From NCBI GenBank assembly GCA_963695555.1, contig CAVOGR010000007.1:1-64000 (forward strand): a stretch of 64,000 nucleotides of DNA, written 5' to 3'. The stretch is from an uncultured Gemmatimonadales bacterium. Lineage in GTDB: Bacteria > Gemmatimonadota > Gemmatimonadetes > Gemmatimonadales > GWC2-71-9. Position 1 is the stretch's first letter, and every line of letters begins with the position of its first letter. The translations under genes were made by a program, and so were the position numbers. The notes below the pieces were generated by a model that worked only from the letters and a program-made list of their open reading frames with translations, did no database searches and was not told the origin of the DNA. Of the stretch, positions 20,134 through 30,753 are shown in pieces.

Positions 20134-20967
20134 CTACGTTGTAGTCGCGGGAGCGAGTGGCGTCCGGGTGAGCAGGTTGTACGAAGCACCATTGATCAGT
20201 ATATGCAGCCGCACGCCGATGATGCAGACGGGGTCGTGGCGATGAGATGAATCCATCGACGTAAACTCGACGTCGGACGGATCTATGATGGTGATTGCGC
20301 CGCTCCCCCGGACCTCGATGCTGTCGTCTGGCCCAATGAAGGCAGCCGTATCTTCGTCCAGCCCCAAGCCGATCGCAAACGGGTTGTACGCCAGTGCCGC
20401 GAGCAGCCGCCCCAGGCGCCCACGCTGCCGGAAGTGCTGGTCGATAATGACCTGATTGGTCAGACCCAACCCCGGGGCCAGCGTCACCATGTCAGCGCGC
20501 GGCGACGAGCCCTCCTCGCCGAAGGCGATCATGTGCTCACTCAGGAATGCGGCCCCTGCCGAGGTCCCCGCGACGGGTACCCCGTTCGCATTGAGCTGGC
20601 GCACCAGCCGAGCCGCGGGGGTCCCGCCGAGCGTCGTGCTCAGCCGGAGTTGGTTCCCACCCGTCAGGAACACCCCCGTGGCGTCGCGCAGTTTCTCTAG
20701 CAGGTCCTCACGGTCGGCGTCGGCCCGATCGCGAAACGGAAAGGTGCGTACCCGGTCGGCACCAAGGTCCTTGAACACTGCTTCATACTGCTCGCCCGTG
20801 TCGTCCTGCTGTGACGCCGTGGGAATGACGGCGATTCTGGCGCGGTCGGCGCCGCAGAGCTGCACGAATTCCCGGAGGATCTCGGGATCCCTGAGTTTCT
20901 CTTCCGCCCCGCCAATCGGCACGATGTGTCCACGAATCGCATCCGGATTCGGCCGCGCAGGTGTCAT
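20134..20967 (-). CDS. cphB: Cyanophycinase
   Basis: PIGGAEEK, IPTAS, TGGNQLRL, GTSAGA, DQHFRQRGRLGRL, GLDEDTA. Confidence 0.95.
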   Translation of the reverse strand: MTPARPNPDAIRGHIVPIGGAEEKLRDPEILREFVQLCGADRARIAVIPTASQQDDTGEQYEAVFKDLGADRVRTFPFRDRADADREDLLEKLRDATGVFLTGGNQLRLSTTLGGTPAARLVRQLNANGVPVAGTSAGAAFLSEHMIAFGEEGSSPRADMVTLAPGLGLTNQVIIDQHFRQRGRLGRLLAALAYNPFAIGLGLDEDTAAFIGPDDSIEVRGSGAITIIDPSDVEFTSMDSSHRHDPVCIIGVRLHILINGASYNLLTRTPLAPATTT

Positions 20968-22133
20968 GATTGTCCCTCGAATGTGCCTAGTTTGACCACG
21001 GCACCGTCTCTCACGTGCCACTGCCCTCCCGCCATGACGTCCATCATGCCCCCCTCGTCGTCGAGCATCACAAGGTCGGCGTCGGCCCCGATTGCGATAC
21101 GGCCTTTCCCGGCTAGCCGGAGCAGCTTTGCGGCGTTCGTCGTGAAGACCGGCAGCACCACTTCCAGCGCGTGACCCATGCGCACCAGCTCGCGGAGAGT
21201 CGCGGCCATGGCGCGCGGCTCTCCCACGTCCATCCCGGTCATTTGCCCCGCTCCGTCAAAGGTCGGGAGCGACCCGCCGCCGTCGGAGCTCACCGTAATG
21301 CGGTCCCGCGGAAGCCCGCGCTCCAGAAACATGGTGACAGCCCGGGCCGCGGGCCACGCATCTTCATCCTCGGCCACCGGAAAGGCGGTCACATCGATGG
21401 TGCAGCCACGCTGGGCCAGCTCGAGCGCCTCCTCGAACAACGCCCGTCGCCGGTTGACATGCGTGGGATTGAAGACCCGCGCTGGGACCTCGCTCCGTTC
21501 GAGCGCCTCCCGCACCATGCTCAAGCCCCGAGGCCCGTCACCTAGGTGCAAGTGGAGGATGCCGGCCTTGCCTGACAAGAGCCCCCCCACGTGGGCGTCG
21601 GCCGCCACGTGGAGCAGCTCGTCGAGCGTCGGTTGGCTCGAACGGTGATCACTCAGTGCCACCTCGCCGACCCCGAGGATGCGATCGATATGGACGATAT
21701 CGCCCCGCACGGTCCCGGTCACCGTGACGGGAGGCAGATGGTAGCCGCCAGTCAGACAGTAGGCGGTGATTCCCTCGTCGAGGAGCCCCCGCGTTGCGGC
21801 TACTAAGTCGCCAGGGTGGCGAGTGGTATCGTCGGTGCCCAGGACACCCACAACCGTCGTCACTCCGCCGCGGGTGAACCGACTGACTCCAAGTGGCGGG
21901 ACCCGGGTTCGAGGTCCGGCTTCCCCACCGCCGCCGGTGATATGTACGTGGGGATCGACGAGCCCCGGGATGACCCGGCGACCCGCAAAGTCATGCCGCG
22001 TTACACCCAACGAGGAAGGAACGCCCGGGTCGGCATCGCCGATCCAGACGATCTTACCGGCGGCAACGAGTATGTGCCGGACGCCGAGACGCTCTGGGGC
22101 GAATATCTCAACGTTGAGGAGTAGATCCATCAT
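20964..22133 (-). CDS. iadA: Isoaspartyl dipeptidase (beta-aspartyl peptidase)
   Basis: DPHVHITGGGGEAG, GVLGTD, ALSDHRSSQP, HLHLGDG, PTHVNR, SSDGGGSLP. Confidence 0.95.
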   Translation of the reverse strand: MMDLLLNVEIFAPERLGVRHILVAAGKIVWIGDADPGVPSSLGVTRHDFAGRRVIPGLVDPHVHITGGGGEAGPRTRVPPLGVSRFTRGGVTTVVGVLGTDDTTRHPGDLVAATRGLLDEGITAYCLTGGYHLPPVTVTGTVRGDIVHIDRILGVGEVALSDHRSSQPTLDELLHVAADAHVGGLLSGKAGILHLHLGDGPRGLSMVREALERSEVPARVFNPTHVNRRRALFEEALELAQRGCTIDVTAFPVAEDEDAWPAARAVTMFLERGLPRDRITVSSDGGGSLPTFDGAGQMTGMDVGEPRAMAATLRELVRMGHALEVVLPVFTTNAAKLLRLAGKGRIAIGADADLVMLDDEGGMMDVMAGGQWHVRDGAVVKLGTFEGQS

Positions 22134-22162
22134 TGGCTGGGCCAGGCATCCATGAGGCGGAT

Positions 22163-22168
22163 AGTATA
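22163..22168 (-). promoter_or_regulatory. Putative -10 element (TATACT) for the cyanophycin operon
   Basis: TATACT about 30 nt upstream of the iadA start, in GC-rich surroundings. Confidence 0.45.
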
Positions 22169-22199
22169 GTCGGGAACGACGGGGAGGTCGAGGAAGGTG

Positions 22200-22565
22200 T
22201 CAGGAGCGGAACACCCTGCGCCCGACCCAGGCATACACCGCAATATTCACCGCGAGCACCCCAATGCCGAGACCGATTTGAAGACCGCGCGTGAGACCAG
22301 GGGGGTACAGCAACGGGACCAGATAGTGTTCGATGAAGCCGGTTTCGTAGCCCGCGCTGCCGGCCCGCCTACGAAGCCAGTTTTCCAGTGGCGTAAGCGG
22401 ACAGGGCCAATTGGCGAACTCGATGAGCGCTCCCCACACCACCGCAGGAAGATGAAGCCAGATGATCCCGGGCCACTTGAGAGCAAGTAAACCACCCAAG
22501 ACCACGAAGCATACGAAGCACAGGTGGATCAGGACGACCATATCGGCGAAGAGCAGGTTGATCAC
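22200..22565 (-). CDS. DUF2784-family membrane protein
   Basis: ADMVVLIH, WLHLPAVVWG, CPLTPLENWLR, GFIEHYL; GTG start with GGAG upstream. Confidence 0.85.
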   Translation of the reverse strand: MINLLFADMVVLIHLCFVCFVVLGGLLALKWPGIIWLHLPAVVWGALIEFANWPCPLTPLENWLRRRAGSAGYETGFIEHYLVPLLYPPGLTRGLQIGLGIGVLAVNIAVYAWVGRRVFRS

Positions 22566-22652
22566 CGTCGTCTCCCGGTCGAGCGGCAACAGCAAGTCAT
22601 CTTCCCGGCCCTGCTACCCAGGGGGCCGGCACCCGAGCCGGGATCGGGGCCC

Positions 22653-22688
22653 TTGACAGCCGCCGTTTCAGGGGTAGTTCAGTACTGA
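22653..22688 (+). promoter_or_regulatory. Sigma70-like promoter with an overlapping palindrome (probable MarR operator)
   Basis: TTGACA at 22653-22658; perfect palindrome TCAGTACTGA at 22679-22688 overlapping the expected -10/+1 region, upstream of the marR-type gene. Confidence 0.5.
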
Positions 22689-22724
22689 GAGCCCCAGCAC
22701 TAACCCTCTAGGTTTTGAACCATC

Positions 22725-23294
22725 ATGGCAGACGTCTCCCAGCGCCCCACCGCACAGGCGCCCGGCCAGAAGGCCGGATCCGACAGCGGCACCCGAACAG
22801 GACGCTACGGCATTCGCGGCGAGCCGCTGCGCTATGGCGACCCCACCACCACCGCCCTGCAGCTCTGGGAACACCTCTCGAAGGCCCACTCAGCCGTGCA
22901 TGCCCAGGCGACCTACGACCTGACCCAACGTGGTCTCACCATGGCGGAGTATGGGGTGCTCGAAGCTCTGCACCGCAGGGGGCCAATGCAACTCGGGGAG
23001 ATCCAACGGGACCAATTGGTATCGAGCGGTGGGGTCACGTTTCTCGTGGACCGTCTCGAAGCCAAGGGTTTGGTGGAACGCCACACTTCGCGGACAGATC
23101 GACGGGCAAAGTACGCGGCCCTGACCTCCCAAGGGGAGACAATGCTGGTCGAACTCCTTCCCGCTCACGCCGAATGCATTCGGGACAGCCTGTCGGGCCT
23201 CAGTCTCCCGGAGCAGCGCAGTGCCATCGGCATTCTCCGGGCCTTGGCGCGAGAGGCGGCAGGCCGGAAGCCCACGCCGTCCGGCGTCACCTAG
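22725..23294 (+). CDS. MarR-family transcriptional regulator
   Basis: GLTMAEYGVLEAL, VTFLVDRLEAKGLVER, DRRAKYAALTSQG. Confidence 0.92.
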   Translation: MADVSQRPTAQAPGQKAGSDSGTRTGRYGIRGEPLRYGDPTTTALQLWEHLSKAHSAVHAQATYDLTQRGLTMAEYGVLEALHRRGPMQLGEIQRDQLVSSGGVTFLVDRLEAKGLVERHTSRTDRRAKYAALTSQGETMLVELLPAHAECIRDSLSGLSLPEQRSAIGILRALAREAAGRKPTPSGVT

Positions 23295-23310
23295 TCGGAG
23301 CCGACTTCCG

Positions 23311-24832
23311 CTACTTCTTTCGGTATCGCCAGTCGACGATCCCGCTTCCCCGGCCCTCGACCGTAAAGACACTCGATCCATCGGAAGGAATCGATGCGAG
23401 CGCCACCTCGTTCGAGGATATCACCGCGCCGTCGGGCCCGACGAACTCGAACACCAGCACCATCGCTGCCGACGCGCTCTTTCGTTTGTTCAGGGCAACG
23501 CCCCGCACCGATGTCCCGCCTTGCGAGGGTGTGGCAGTTAGGCTGTCCACGAAAATTGGCAGCGCATCGAGCTGGGCGACGGCCGACTGGGCCTCGCCCT
23601 TCTCTTCGAGAAACACGTAGCCCTGAACCAAGAACCGGTGGGACAGCTCGTCGAACGGGTCGCGCGCGAGGGAACGCTTGGCTGTTGCGACCAGCTTGGC
23701 TCCGTTCTTGAGCTCATTGTAGGTCAACGCCAGGTTGGTCAGGGCGATACGGTTGCTGGGATCGGCCATCACGGCCCGTTCGAAGTCCTTGGCAGCGGCC
23801 TCGAACTGTTTCTGCTGATACTTGCCCGCCCCACGGTTGATCAAGTACGGAGCCGCATTGGTATCGACCTGCTGCGCCATCGGAACGGTCTCTCCGAGGG
23901 CAGCGAGGATGGCCTGCGCGCTATCCGAATGTCCGGCGGCCTGGTAGATACTGGCGAGATTGCGCTTGGCGGCGTCGTCGCGCGGGCGCCACTCGGCCAG
24001 ATCGCTTGAACGCTGCGAGCGCCTCCGGGTACCGCTGGGCTTGGAACATGATCCGGCCGAGGGCACTGGTCGCAGCATCGCGGCCGGCGGAGTCGTTGGC
24101 GGCCTGGGCCGACGCGATCACCCGCTCCAGGTAGGCGCCGGCGCTATCGACGTTATCGCCCTCGGCGAAGAGCTGGGCCACGCGCCGCGTGGCCCGCCCA
24201 ATCTCGGGATCGGGTTTCCCATCCACACGGGCGTCCATGTTCGCGGCGAAGCGGAAATAGGTCAACGCGCTATCGGGCTCTTCAGCCAGCTCGAAGATCG
24301 TCCCCATATTGCTGTACGCGCGTGGTTCTCCACGGTACATCCGCAGGGCAAGCCGGTAGGTCACCACGGCGCTGTCGATGCGCTGCTCCTGCACGTGGAG
24401 GTTGGCCACCTCCGCGATGGCGAGCCACGTCCGCCGGCGCAGGTCGGTGACCTCTGCCGCGCATTCGGGGGCCAACGCCTCGGCTCGGGTGAACGCCGAA
24501 TCGGCACCGATGACGTCCCCCATATTGAGGTAGGTCCGGCCGAGGTAGAACCAGGCTCCAGCGTTCTTCTCTTGGCCGCGCTCTTCGATCGCGCGGATCA
24601 GGCTGGTGCGTGCGTCTCCAAGCAATCGTTCCCGGTTCGCCTCGCTCTCAGACGCGGTCTTGAGCGAGGCCGTCGCGCCGCGCACGCTGAAGTGGCCGGT
24701 CTTGAAGCAATCGGAGGACTCGAATCGTACCGGCTGCACATCGATGACACGCTGCCGGATATCGGCATCCTGGGCAACCGCAACCGCCGGGAGCAGCACG
24801 AGCACGGCGCCTTTCCAGAACTGCGTGGCCAT
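23311..24832 (-). CDS. Secreted TPR protein with C-terminal FxLYD-like beta domain; frameshift near 24003
   Basis: Signal peptide MATQFWKGAVLVLLPAVAVA; TPR repeats continue across ORFs 23921..25045 and 23311..24078; C-terminus VRGVALN..LVFEFVGPDG..WRYR. Confidence 0.75.
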
Positions 24833-24977
24833 GGTATCCCCCTCGAACGCCGCACGCCGCGGCGATTCCGCTCGATCAAACTGCGAACGACCCGTGCCGA
24901 CCCCTTCACGGCAACGGGCTCCCCATGAGCGAGTATGCGTTGACCAAGAGTCCCGCGCAAGCACGGGAACACCGCCC

Positions 24978-26183
24978 TCAGGTGGTCGATCGGAGGGCGT
25001 GGATTGCGGAATCGAGCGCGTCGATGGCGGCCCCGAGCTGAACATCCGACAGATACGGCGCCGGCCCTAACCGTAATACGTCGGCGCGGTAGTCCGACAT
25101 GACTCCTCGCTCGCGGAGTAGGCGGCACAGCTCACCCGCGCGGGGCGCCGTGAGGGCGAGAAAACCGGCGACCCCGGGGAGCCCGACCGATCGATCGCGA
25201 TCGATGATGGCGGGATCGGCCGCGAGGGCGTCAAAGCGATCCGTCAGGAGCCCGACCTGGTGCTGGCTCACCATGCGGAGAAATTCAGGCGTGAGGCCGT
25301 GGTCTTCGAAGAAATCGAACACCTCCGCGGCGCGATAGTGGCTGGTCGGGTCGTAGGTCCCTCCCGCGAACCGGGCCGGTCCTGCACCGTAGCCAACCTC
25401 GCGGCCGGAGATTGGTGCGGCCAGCGCGCCGAACTCGCTGAACCATCCCGTCACCACCGGGCGCATCGCACAGTCGGCGGGAAGCCGGAGGAAGGAGTTC
25501 CCTTCACCCATTTGACAGTACTTGTAGCCTCCGCCCACGACGTAGGCGTCTTCGAGCCCCGCCTCGTGTACCGAAAACGGGACGATGTTCGTGGCGTGGT
25601 AGGCATCGACCAGGAGCTCCGCGCCGTGGCGTCGGCACGTGGCCATCAACTCACCGAGGCCCGGGACAATATGGGCGTTGCGAAAGAGCACCGCCGAGAC
25701 CAGCACGGCGGCCGTCCGCTCCGTCGTTGCCGCTCCCAGCCGTTCGGCGACCGTATCCACCGGCAGTGCGGGGACTCGCGTGACCTCAATGCCCTCTTCC
25801 TCCAGGCGGTCGAGTTGCCGGCGGATTGTGTGGAATTCCCCGTCGGTCGTCACCAGACGGGGTCGAGCGCCAAGCGGCAGCGCCGACAGGAACCGCACGA
25901 CCAGGTCGTGGGTACTGGTGGAGAGCGCCACCGAGCCGCCCGGGTCGCCGAGCCACGTCGCGAACCCGCGACGGACCCGGTCCGCCTTAGCGAAGGCTGT
26001 GTCCCATTTCTCGTCGACCAGGGCTGCGGCATCGCGCCATGCCTGGGTTTGACCCTCGAATGCGCGGTCTGGCCAGGCCTGATGCGAGTGACCCGTCAAC
26101 AGCAGTCGCTCGGAGACTCGAAACTGGCTGTAGTGCGGGGCGAGCGCGTTGGGGCTTCGGGCTACATCCTCGAGGGCCGGCAT
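24978..26183 (-). CDS. kynU: Kynureninase
   Basis: PLP class-V motifs LTGHSHQAWP, LVDAYH, GGGYKYCQMGEG, TGWF, LRLGPAPY; directly downstream of kynA. Confidence 0.85.
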   Translation of the reverse strand: MPALEDVARSPNALAPHYSQFRVSERLLLTGHSHQAWPDRAFEGQTQAWRDAAALVDEKWDTAFAKADRVRRGFATWLGDPGGSVALSTSTHDLVVRFLSALPLGARPRLVTTDGEFHTIRRQLDRLEEEGIEVTRVPALPVDTVAERLGAATTERTAAVLVSAVLFRNAHIVPGLGELMATCRRHGAELLVDAYHATNIVPFSVHEAGLEDAYVVGGGYKYCQMGEGNSFLRLPADCAMRPVVTGWFSEFGALAAPISGREVGYGAGPARFAGGTYDPTSHYRAAEVFDFFEDHGLTPEFLRMVSQHQVGLLTDRFDALAADPAIIDRDRSVGLPGVAGFLALTAPRAGELCRLLRERGVMSDYRADVLRLGPAPYLSDVQLGAAIDALDSAIHALRSTT

Positions 26184-26185
26184 GG

Positions 26186-26968
26186 TCAGAGGTCCCCTCG
26201 GATTGCCCAGAGATCGGGAAATACCGGCTTCATCAAGGTCGTCTTTAGGTATTCCGCGCCGGCGCTCCCGCCGGTGCCCGGCTTGGTCCCGATGGTGCGC
26301 TCCACCATCTTCACATGCCGGTAGCGCCACTCCTGCAGCCCCTCGTCCAAATCCACCAGCCGCTCGCACACCGGAACGATGGTCGGATTCCCGCGGTAGA
26401 TGCTAGTCAAGATTCCCTGCACCTGAGGCGACGATGGGGCTGGCTGGGTCACGTCGCGTTCCAAGAGTTCCGCAGGAATCGCGTACCCGCTATCCGCGAC
26501 ATACTTCAGGAACGCATCCCACAGCGTGCCTTGCCGGTATCGCGTCTCGAGTGTCTGGCGCCCGACCGAGTCCACCGGAAAATGCTGGATGGCGGCCCGG
26601 TCCCGTCGCCCGAGGAGAAACTCGAGCTCGCGGAACTGGTACGATTGAAATCCACTGCCCGATTCCAGCCGATCCCGAAAGGACAGGAAGTCTAGCGGAG
26701 TGATGGTCTCCAAGACGTCGATCTGAGACACGAGGACTTTGAGAATGGTGAGGATGCGTTTGAACGTGGCCAACGCGAGCGGCGTATTGGTCTCGACCAA
26801 CAATTTGCGCAGGTAATCCACCTCGTGGATCACTTCCTTGAACCACAACTCGTAGACCTGATGGATAATGATGAAGAGCGTTTCGTCATGCTCGGGCCCT
26901 TCGGACACCGGTTGCTGCAGGTGGAGCAATTCGTCGAGTTTGAGATAGCTCGAGTACGTCAGCGGCAT
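26186..26968 (-). CDS. kynA: Tryptophan 2,3-dioxygenase
   Basis: YSSYLKLDELL, HDETLFIIIHQVYELWFK, SGFQSYQFRELE, WRYRHVKMVERTIGTKPGTGGS. Confidence 0.96.
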   Translation of the reverse strand: MPLTYSSYLKLDELLHLQQPVSEGPEHDETLFIIIHQVYELWFKEVIHEVDYLRKLLVETNTPLALATFKRILTILKVLVSQIDVLETITPLDFLSFRDRLESGSGFQSYQFRELEFLLGRRDRAAIQHFPVDSVGRQTLETRYRQGTLWDAFLKYVADSGYAIPAELLERDVTQPAPSSPQVQGILTSIYRGNPTIVPVCERLVDLDEGLQEWRYRHVKMVERTIGTKPGTGGSAGAEYLKTTLMKPVFPDLWAIRGDL

Positions 26969-27011
26969 GGGTGTCGCTCCTGAAGTGGCTTCCGGAACCA
27001 GGGAAACATCG

Positions 27012-29264
27012 CTAGTCAAACCGGGGCACGTACCCGTCGAGCACGTGGTAGGGGCTGGACCAGGGCAGCGGGTGCTGCAGGGCCTGCGCTGCGTGGTGTG
27101 TCCAATATGGGTCCCACAAGTGGGCGCGCGCCAGCACACAGAGATCGGCCCGACCCGCCGCCAGAATGCTATTGACGTCCATGAAGGACGAGATGTTCCC
27201 CACGGCCATGGTCGAAATAGCCGCCTCGTGGCGAATACGGTCGCTGAATGGCGTCTGAAACTGCCGCCCATAGACAGGCTGTGCCTCGGGAACCGTCTGC
27301 CCGGCGGATACATCGATGATGTCGCACCCGTGGGCCTTGAGTCGACGGGCCACTTCGACGGCGTCGGGCGGCTCCATGCCGCCAGGAACCCAATCGACGG
27401 CTGAAATCCGGACCGACACCGGCTTGGGTTTGGGCCATGCCGCGCGGACCGCATCCAGGATCTCGAGGGGGAACCTGAGCCGGTTGTCGAGCGACCCGCC
27501 ATACGCATCCGTCCGCCGGTTGGTGAGCGGAGAAATGAAGGTCGAGAGTAGGTACCCGTGCGCGAAGTGGAGTTCCAGCAGATCGAAGCCTGCTTCGTCC
27601 GCCATACGGGTGGCCTGCACGAAGTCGTCGCGGACCCGGTCCATGTCATCACGGTCCATCGCCCGTGGCACCTGATACCCGGGTGCGTACGGAATCGGCG
27701 ATGGCGCGAGGAGGGGCCAGGCTCCATCCGCGAGCGGCCCGCCTTCGCCCTCCCACGGGCGCTTGGTGGCGCCCTTCCGTCCCGCGTGGGCAAGCTGAAT
27801 CCCGATCTTGGCCGGTGAGTGCCGGTGCACGAAGTCGACGATGCGGCGCCACGAGACGGTGTGCTCGGGCTGGTACATCCCGGTGCACCCCAGCGAGATC
27901 CGTCCGTCGCGGCTCACGTCGGTCATCTCGGTCATAACCAGGCCGGCACCTCCGACCGCCCGGCTGCCAAGGTGCGCCAGGTGCCAGTCCCCCGGCGTGC
28001 CGTCCTCAGCGGAGTACTGGCACATCGGCGACACGACGACCCGATTGACCAATACGAGATCCCGAAGCCGGAACGGCGTGAACATCGGTGGGGGCGCGGG
28101 TGAGGTGTCGACGGCGACCCCGCTCTGTCGCGTCGCCTGTCGCGCGAAGACGCGGTCAACTTCGGACACGAATGTCGGGTCGCGCCGTCGAAGATTCTCG
28201 TGAGTTATGCGGAGGCTCCGGGTCAGGAGACTGAACGCAAATTGGACCGGCTCGAGGGCCCGATAGCGTTCCGTCTCCTCGAACCACTGAAGGCTGACCT
28301 CGGCCGCGCGCTGGAGGCTCTCCACCTCCGGTCGCCGAGCACGCTCGTACGCCGTCAACGCCGCCGGTACGTCGGCCGTGCTACGGAGCGCATCGACCAA
28401 CGCGATGGTGTCCTCCATGGCCAACTTGGTACCTGAACCGACAGAGAAATGTGCGGTGTGGGCCGCATCACCGATCAAGACCACGTTCTCGTGGTGCCAC
28501 GTGGCATTCCGAATGGTCGGGAACCGGCGCCAAATGGATCGGTTGGCGAGGAGGGAATGACCTTCCAGCTCCTCGGCGAAGAGATCTTGGCAAAAGGCAA
28601 CGGTGTCGTCCTCGGTTGCGCTCTCCATGCCGGCGGCGCGCCACGTCTCCTCTCGTGCCTCGACGATGAAGGTCGAATGCCCGGCTTCATACTGATAGGC
28701 GTGCACTCGCCACAACCCGTATGGGCTCTCCTTGAAGTAGAAGGTGAAGGCCGGAAACTTCCGGGTTGTGCCCAGCCAGACGAAGCGGTTGGGCCGCCAA
28801 TCGATCTCCGGCCGAAACAGGTCGCTGAACCAACCCCGGACGACGCTGTTGAAGCCGTCGGCACCGAGAATCAGATCGGCTCCCTTCACCGTATCGTACT
28901 CTTGGACCTCCGATTCAAAGCGCAGATCGACATCCAGCTCCTCGCATCGGCGACTCAGAATCGTGAGGAGTCGCTGTCGTGACAACCCGCTGAAGCCATG
29001 GCCCGTCGAGGTGGTGGTGGCACCGCGGTGGTGGATCTCGATATCGTCCCAGTGCGCGAATGCGCGGGTCATCTCGTCGTGGGATGGTTGGTCGGCCTGG
29101 GCCAGGCGTTCTAACGTGGCGTCGGAAAAGACCACGCCAAACCCGAACGTGTCGTGCAAGCGATTTCGCTCGTAGACGGTGACCTGGCTCGCCGGATCGG
29201 CCTTCTTGAGCAGGATGGCCGCGTACAAGCCGGACGGCCCGCCGCCAATAGTCACCACCCTCAC
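27012..29264 (-). CDS. abmA: Anthraniloyl-CoA monooxygenase/reductase (salicylyl-CoA 5-hydroxylase family; FAD monooxygenase + OYE fusion)
   Basis: [57 protein letters not shown] half [22 protein letters not shown]. Confidence 0.88.
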   Translation of the reverse strand: MRVVTIGGGPSGLYAAILLKKADPASQVTVYERNRLHDTFGFGVVFSDATLERLAQADQPSHDEMTRAFAHWDDIEIHHRGATTTSTGHGFSGLSRQRLLTILSRRCEELDVDLRFESEVQEYDTVKGADLILGADGFNSVVRGWFSDLFRPEIDWRPNRFVWLGTTRKFPAFTFYFKESPYGLWRVHAYQYEAGHSTFIVEAREETWRAAGMESATEDDTVAFCQDLFAEELEGHSLLANRSIWRRFPTIRNATWHHENVVLIGDAAHTAHFSVGSGTKLAMEDTIALVDALRSTADVPAALTAYERARRPEVESLQRAAEVSLQWFEETERYRALEPVQFAFSLLTRSLRITHENLRRRDPTFVSEVDRVFARQATRQSGVAVDTSPAPPPMFTPFRLRDLVLVNRVVVSPMCQYSAEDGTPGDWHLAHLGSRAVGGAGLVMTEMTDVSRDGRISLGCTGMYQPEHTVSWRRIVDFVHRHSPAKIGIQLAHAGRKGATKRPWEGEGGPLADGAWPLLAPSPIPYAPGYQVPRAMDRDDMDRVRDDFVQATRMADEAGFDLLELHFAHGYLLSTFISPLTNRRTDAYGGSLDNRLRFPLEILDAVRAAWPKPKPVSVRISAVDWVPGGMEPPDAVEVARRLKAHGCDIIDVSAGQTVPEAQPVYGRQFQTPFSDRIRHEAAISTMAVGNISSFMDVNSILAAGRADLCVLARAHLWDPYWTHHAAQALQHPLPWSSPYHVLDGYVPRFD

Positions 29265-30736
29265 GAAGCCGTCTCCAGGGCCGTGTCACGCTCCGCCCAC
29301 GGCGGCGCGACGAGCCGGCGGCGGCCGTCATCCGTCATGGAAACGTCACCTTCCGGTACGTCGCCGCCGAGTTTGTCCCACAGCTTGCAGGTCACTTGCT
29401 TGTGCACCTGATCGAGTCCCTCGCAGTAGTTGGTGTACACACACCGGCGCACCTCGGTGCCTCGGCCGACTCGGATCTTGAGAAACCAGTCGGGATCCGC
29501 CAATGACTGCCGCGCCGACGCGACGATGTCCGCCTCTCCGCGCCGGAGAACGCCCTCGGCCTGGTCGAACGTGGCGATACCCCCGCATACGACCACCGGC
29601 GTAGTGGAACCGGCCGCGCGGATGGCCCGCCGGATCTTACCCGAAGCCTGGACGTTACGGCCAAACGGGCCGCGGGCGTCGGACCGCACGGTCGGCATGC
29701 ATTCATAGCCGCTGGGCCCGGTGTACGGATAGGCCGCCCACCCTACCTTCGGCTGCTTGGCGTCCTCGAATTTCCCCCCGCGGGACAGCGAGACATAGTC
29801 CATCCCGGCCGCCGCGAAGCCGACCCCGAACACCATCGCGTCTTCTACTGTGCTCCCACCGGGAATGCACTCCTCCGTCAAATAGCGACACCCGACGATC
29901 AATCGGTCCGAGCAGCGATCCCGTACCGCGTGAAACACCTCGAGCGGCAGACGCATGCGCTGCTCCACCGGCCCTCCGTAGCCGTCGGGCCGGTCGTTTC
30001 TGGCCGAAAGGAAGGAAGCCATGGTATAGGCGTGGGCGTAATGGAGTTCGACTCCATCGAACCCGGCCCGCTCGGCCCGGTACGCTGCGTCGGCGAAGAT
30101 GGCCGGCAAGACGCGAGGGAGATCGCGTACCGCCGGCCGATCCATGTCGGTTACCCGCTCACGGTACCCATATCGGAGCGCCTCGAGCTCACGGGCGTCG
30201 AGCAGATCATCCAACGCCTCGTCCGGCACGCTGATGAGGTGCTCCCGGATCTCCTCGTCGGTTCCAGCCAGCCGCGCACGGTGCCGGTCGCTGACCACAA
30301 AATACTTCCGGAAATACTTCTCCTTGGATGGACGGCGGCGGATGACCTGGAAGTCGATGAGCTGAATGAGGAGACGAGTGTGACCACCACTCGCCTCCCG
30401 CACAGTATCGACAAGCGTGGCCAGCCCCGGAATGAAGCGGTCGTGCCCGATGCGCATCAGCGGTCCGCTTGGAACGTCCCGTATTCCAGTCGCCTCCACG
30501 ACCAATGCGCCAGGCCGGCCCTCGGCGAACCGGCGATACCACGCCAAGATGGCCGGTGTGACGAGGCCGTCCTCGGTGGCCCGCCACGGGACCATGGCCG
30601 GAACCCAGGTGCGTTGCTCCAGCGTCCGCGGCCCCAGCCGGATCGGGCTGAACCAGATCGAGTCCCGCGCCTCGACCTCGCTCGGCCACCGAGCCTCGGG
30701 CAGCGCGTGCTTGATCCGCTCAGGCGGATGCCACAT
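29261..30736 (-). CDS. NADH:flavin oxidoreductase (Old Yellow Enzyme family)
   Basis: [46 protein letters not shown]-terminal Cys cluster. Confidence 0.88.
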   Translation of the reverse strand: MWHPPERIKHALPEARWPSEVEARDSIWFSPIRLGPRTLEQRTWVPAMVPWRATEDGLVTPAILAWYRRFAEGRPGALVVEATGIRDVPSGPLMRIGHDRFIPGLATLVDTVREASGGHTRLLIQLIDFQVIRRRPSKEKYFRKYFVVSDRHRARLAGTDEEIREHLISVPDEALDDLLDARELEALRYGYRERVTDMDRPAVRDLPRVLPAIFADAAYRAERAGFDGVELHYAHAYTMASFLSARNDRPDGYGGPVEQRMRLPLEVFHAVRDRCSDRLIVGCRYLTEECIPGGSTVEDAMVFGVGFAAAGMDYVSLSRGGKFEDAKQPKVGWAAYPYTGPSGYECMPTVRSDARGPFGRNVQASGKIRRAIRAAGSTTPVVVCGGIATFDQAEGVLRRGEADIVASARQSLADPDWFLKIRVGRGTEVRRCVYTNYCEGLDQVHKQVTCKLWDKLGGDVPEGDVSMTDDGRRRLVAPPWAERDTALETAS

Positions 30737-30753
30737 CTACGCCCCCCGCCCCG

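Noticed and set aside
23995..24010. Frameshift in the TPR gene as programmed frameshifting or two genes
   Set aside because: No slippery sequence; TPR repeats continue across the junction, and similar isolated indels occur elsewhere in the window.
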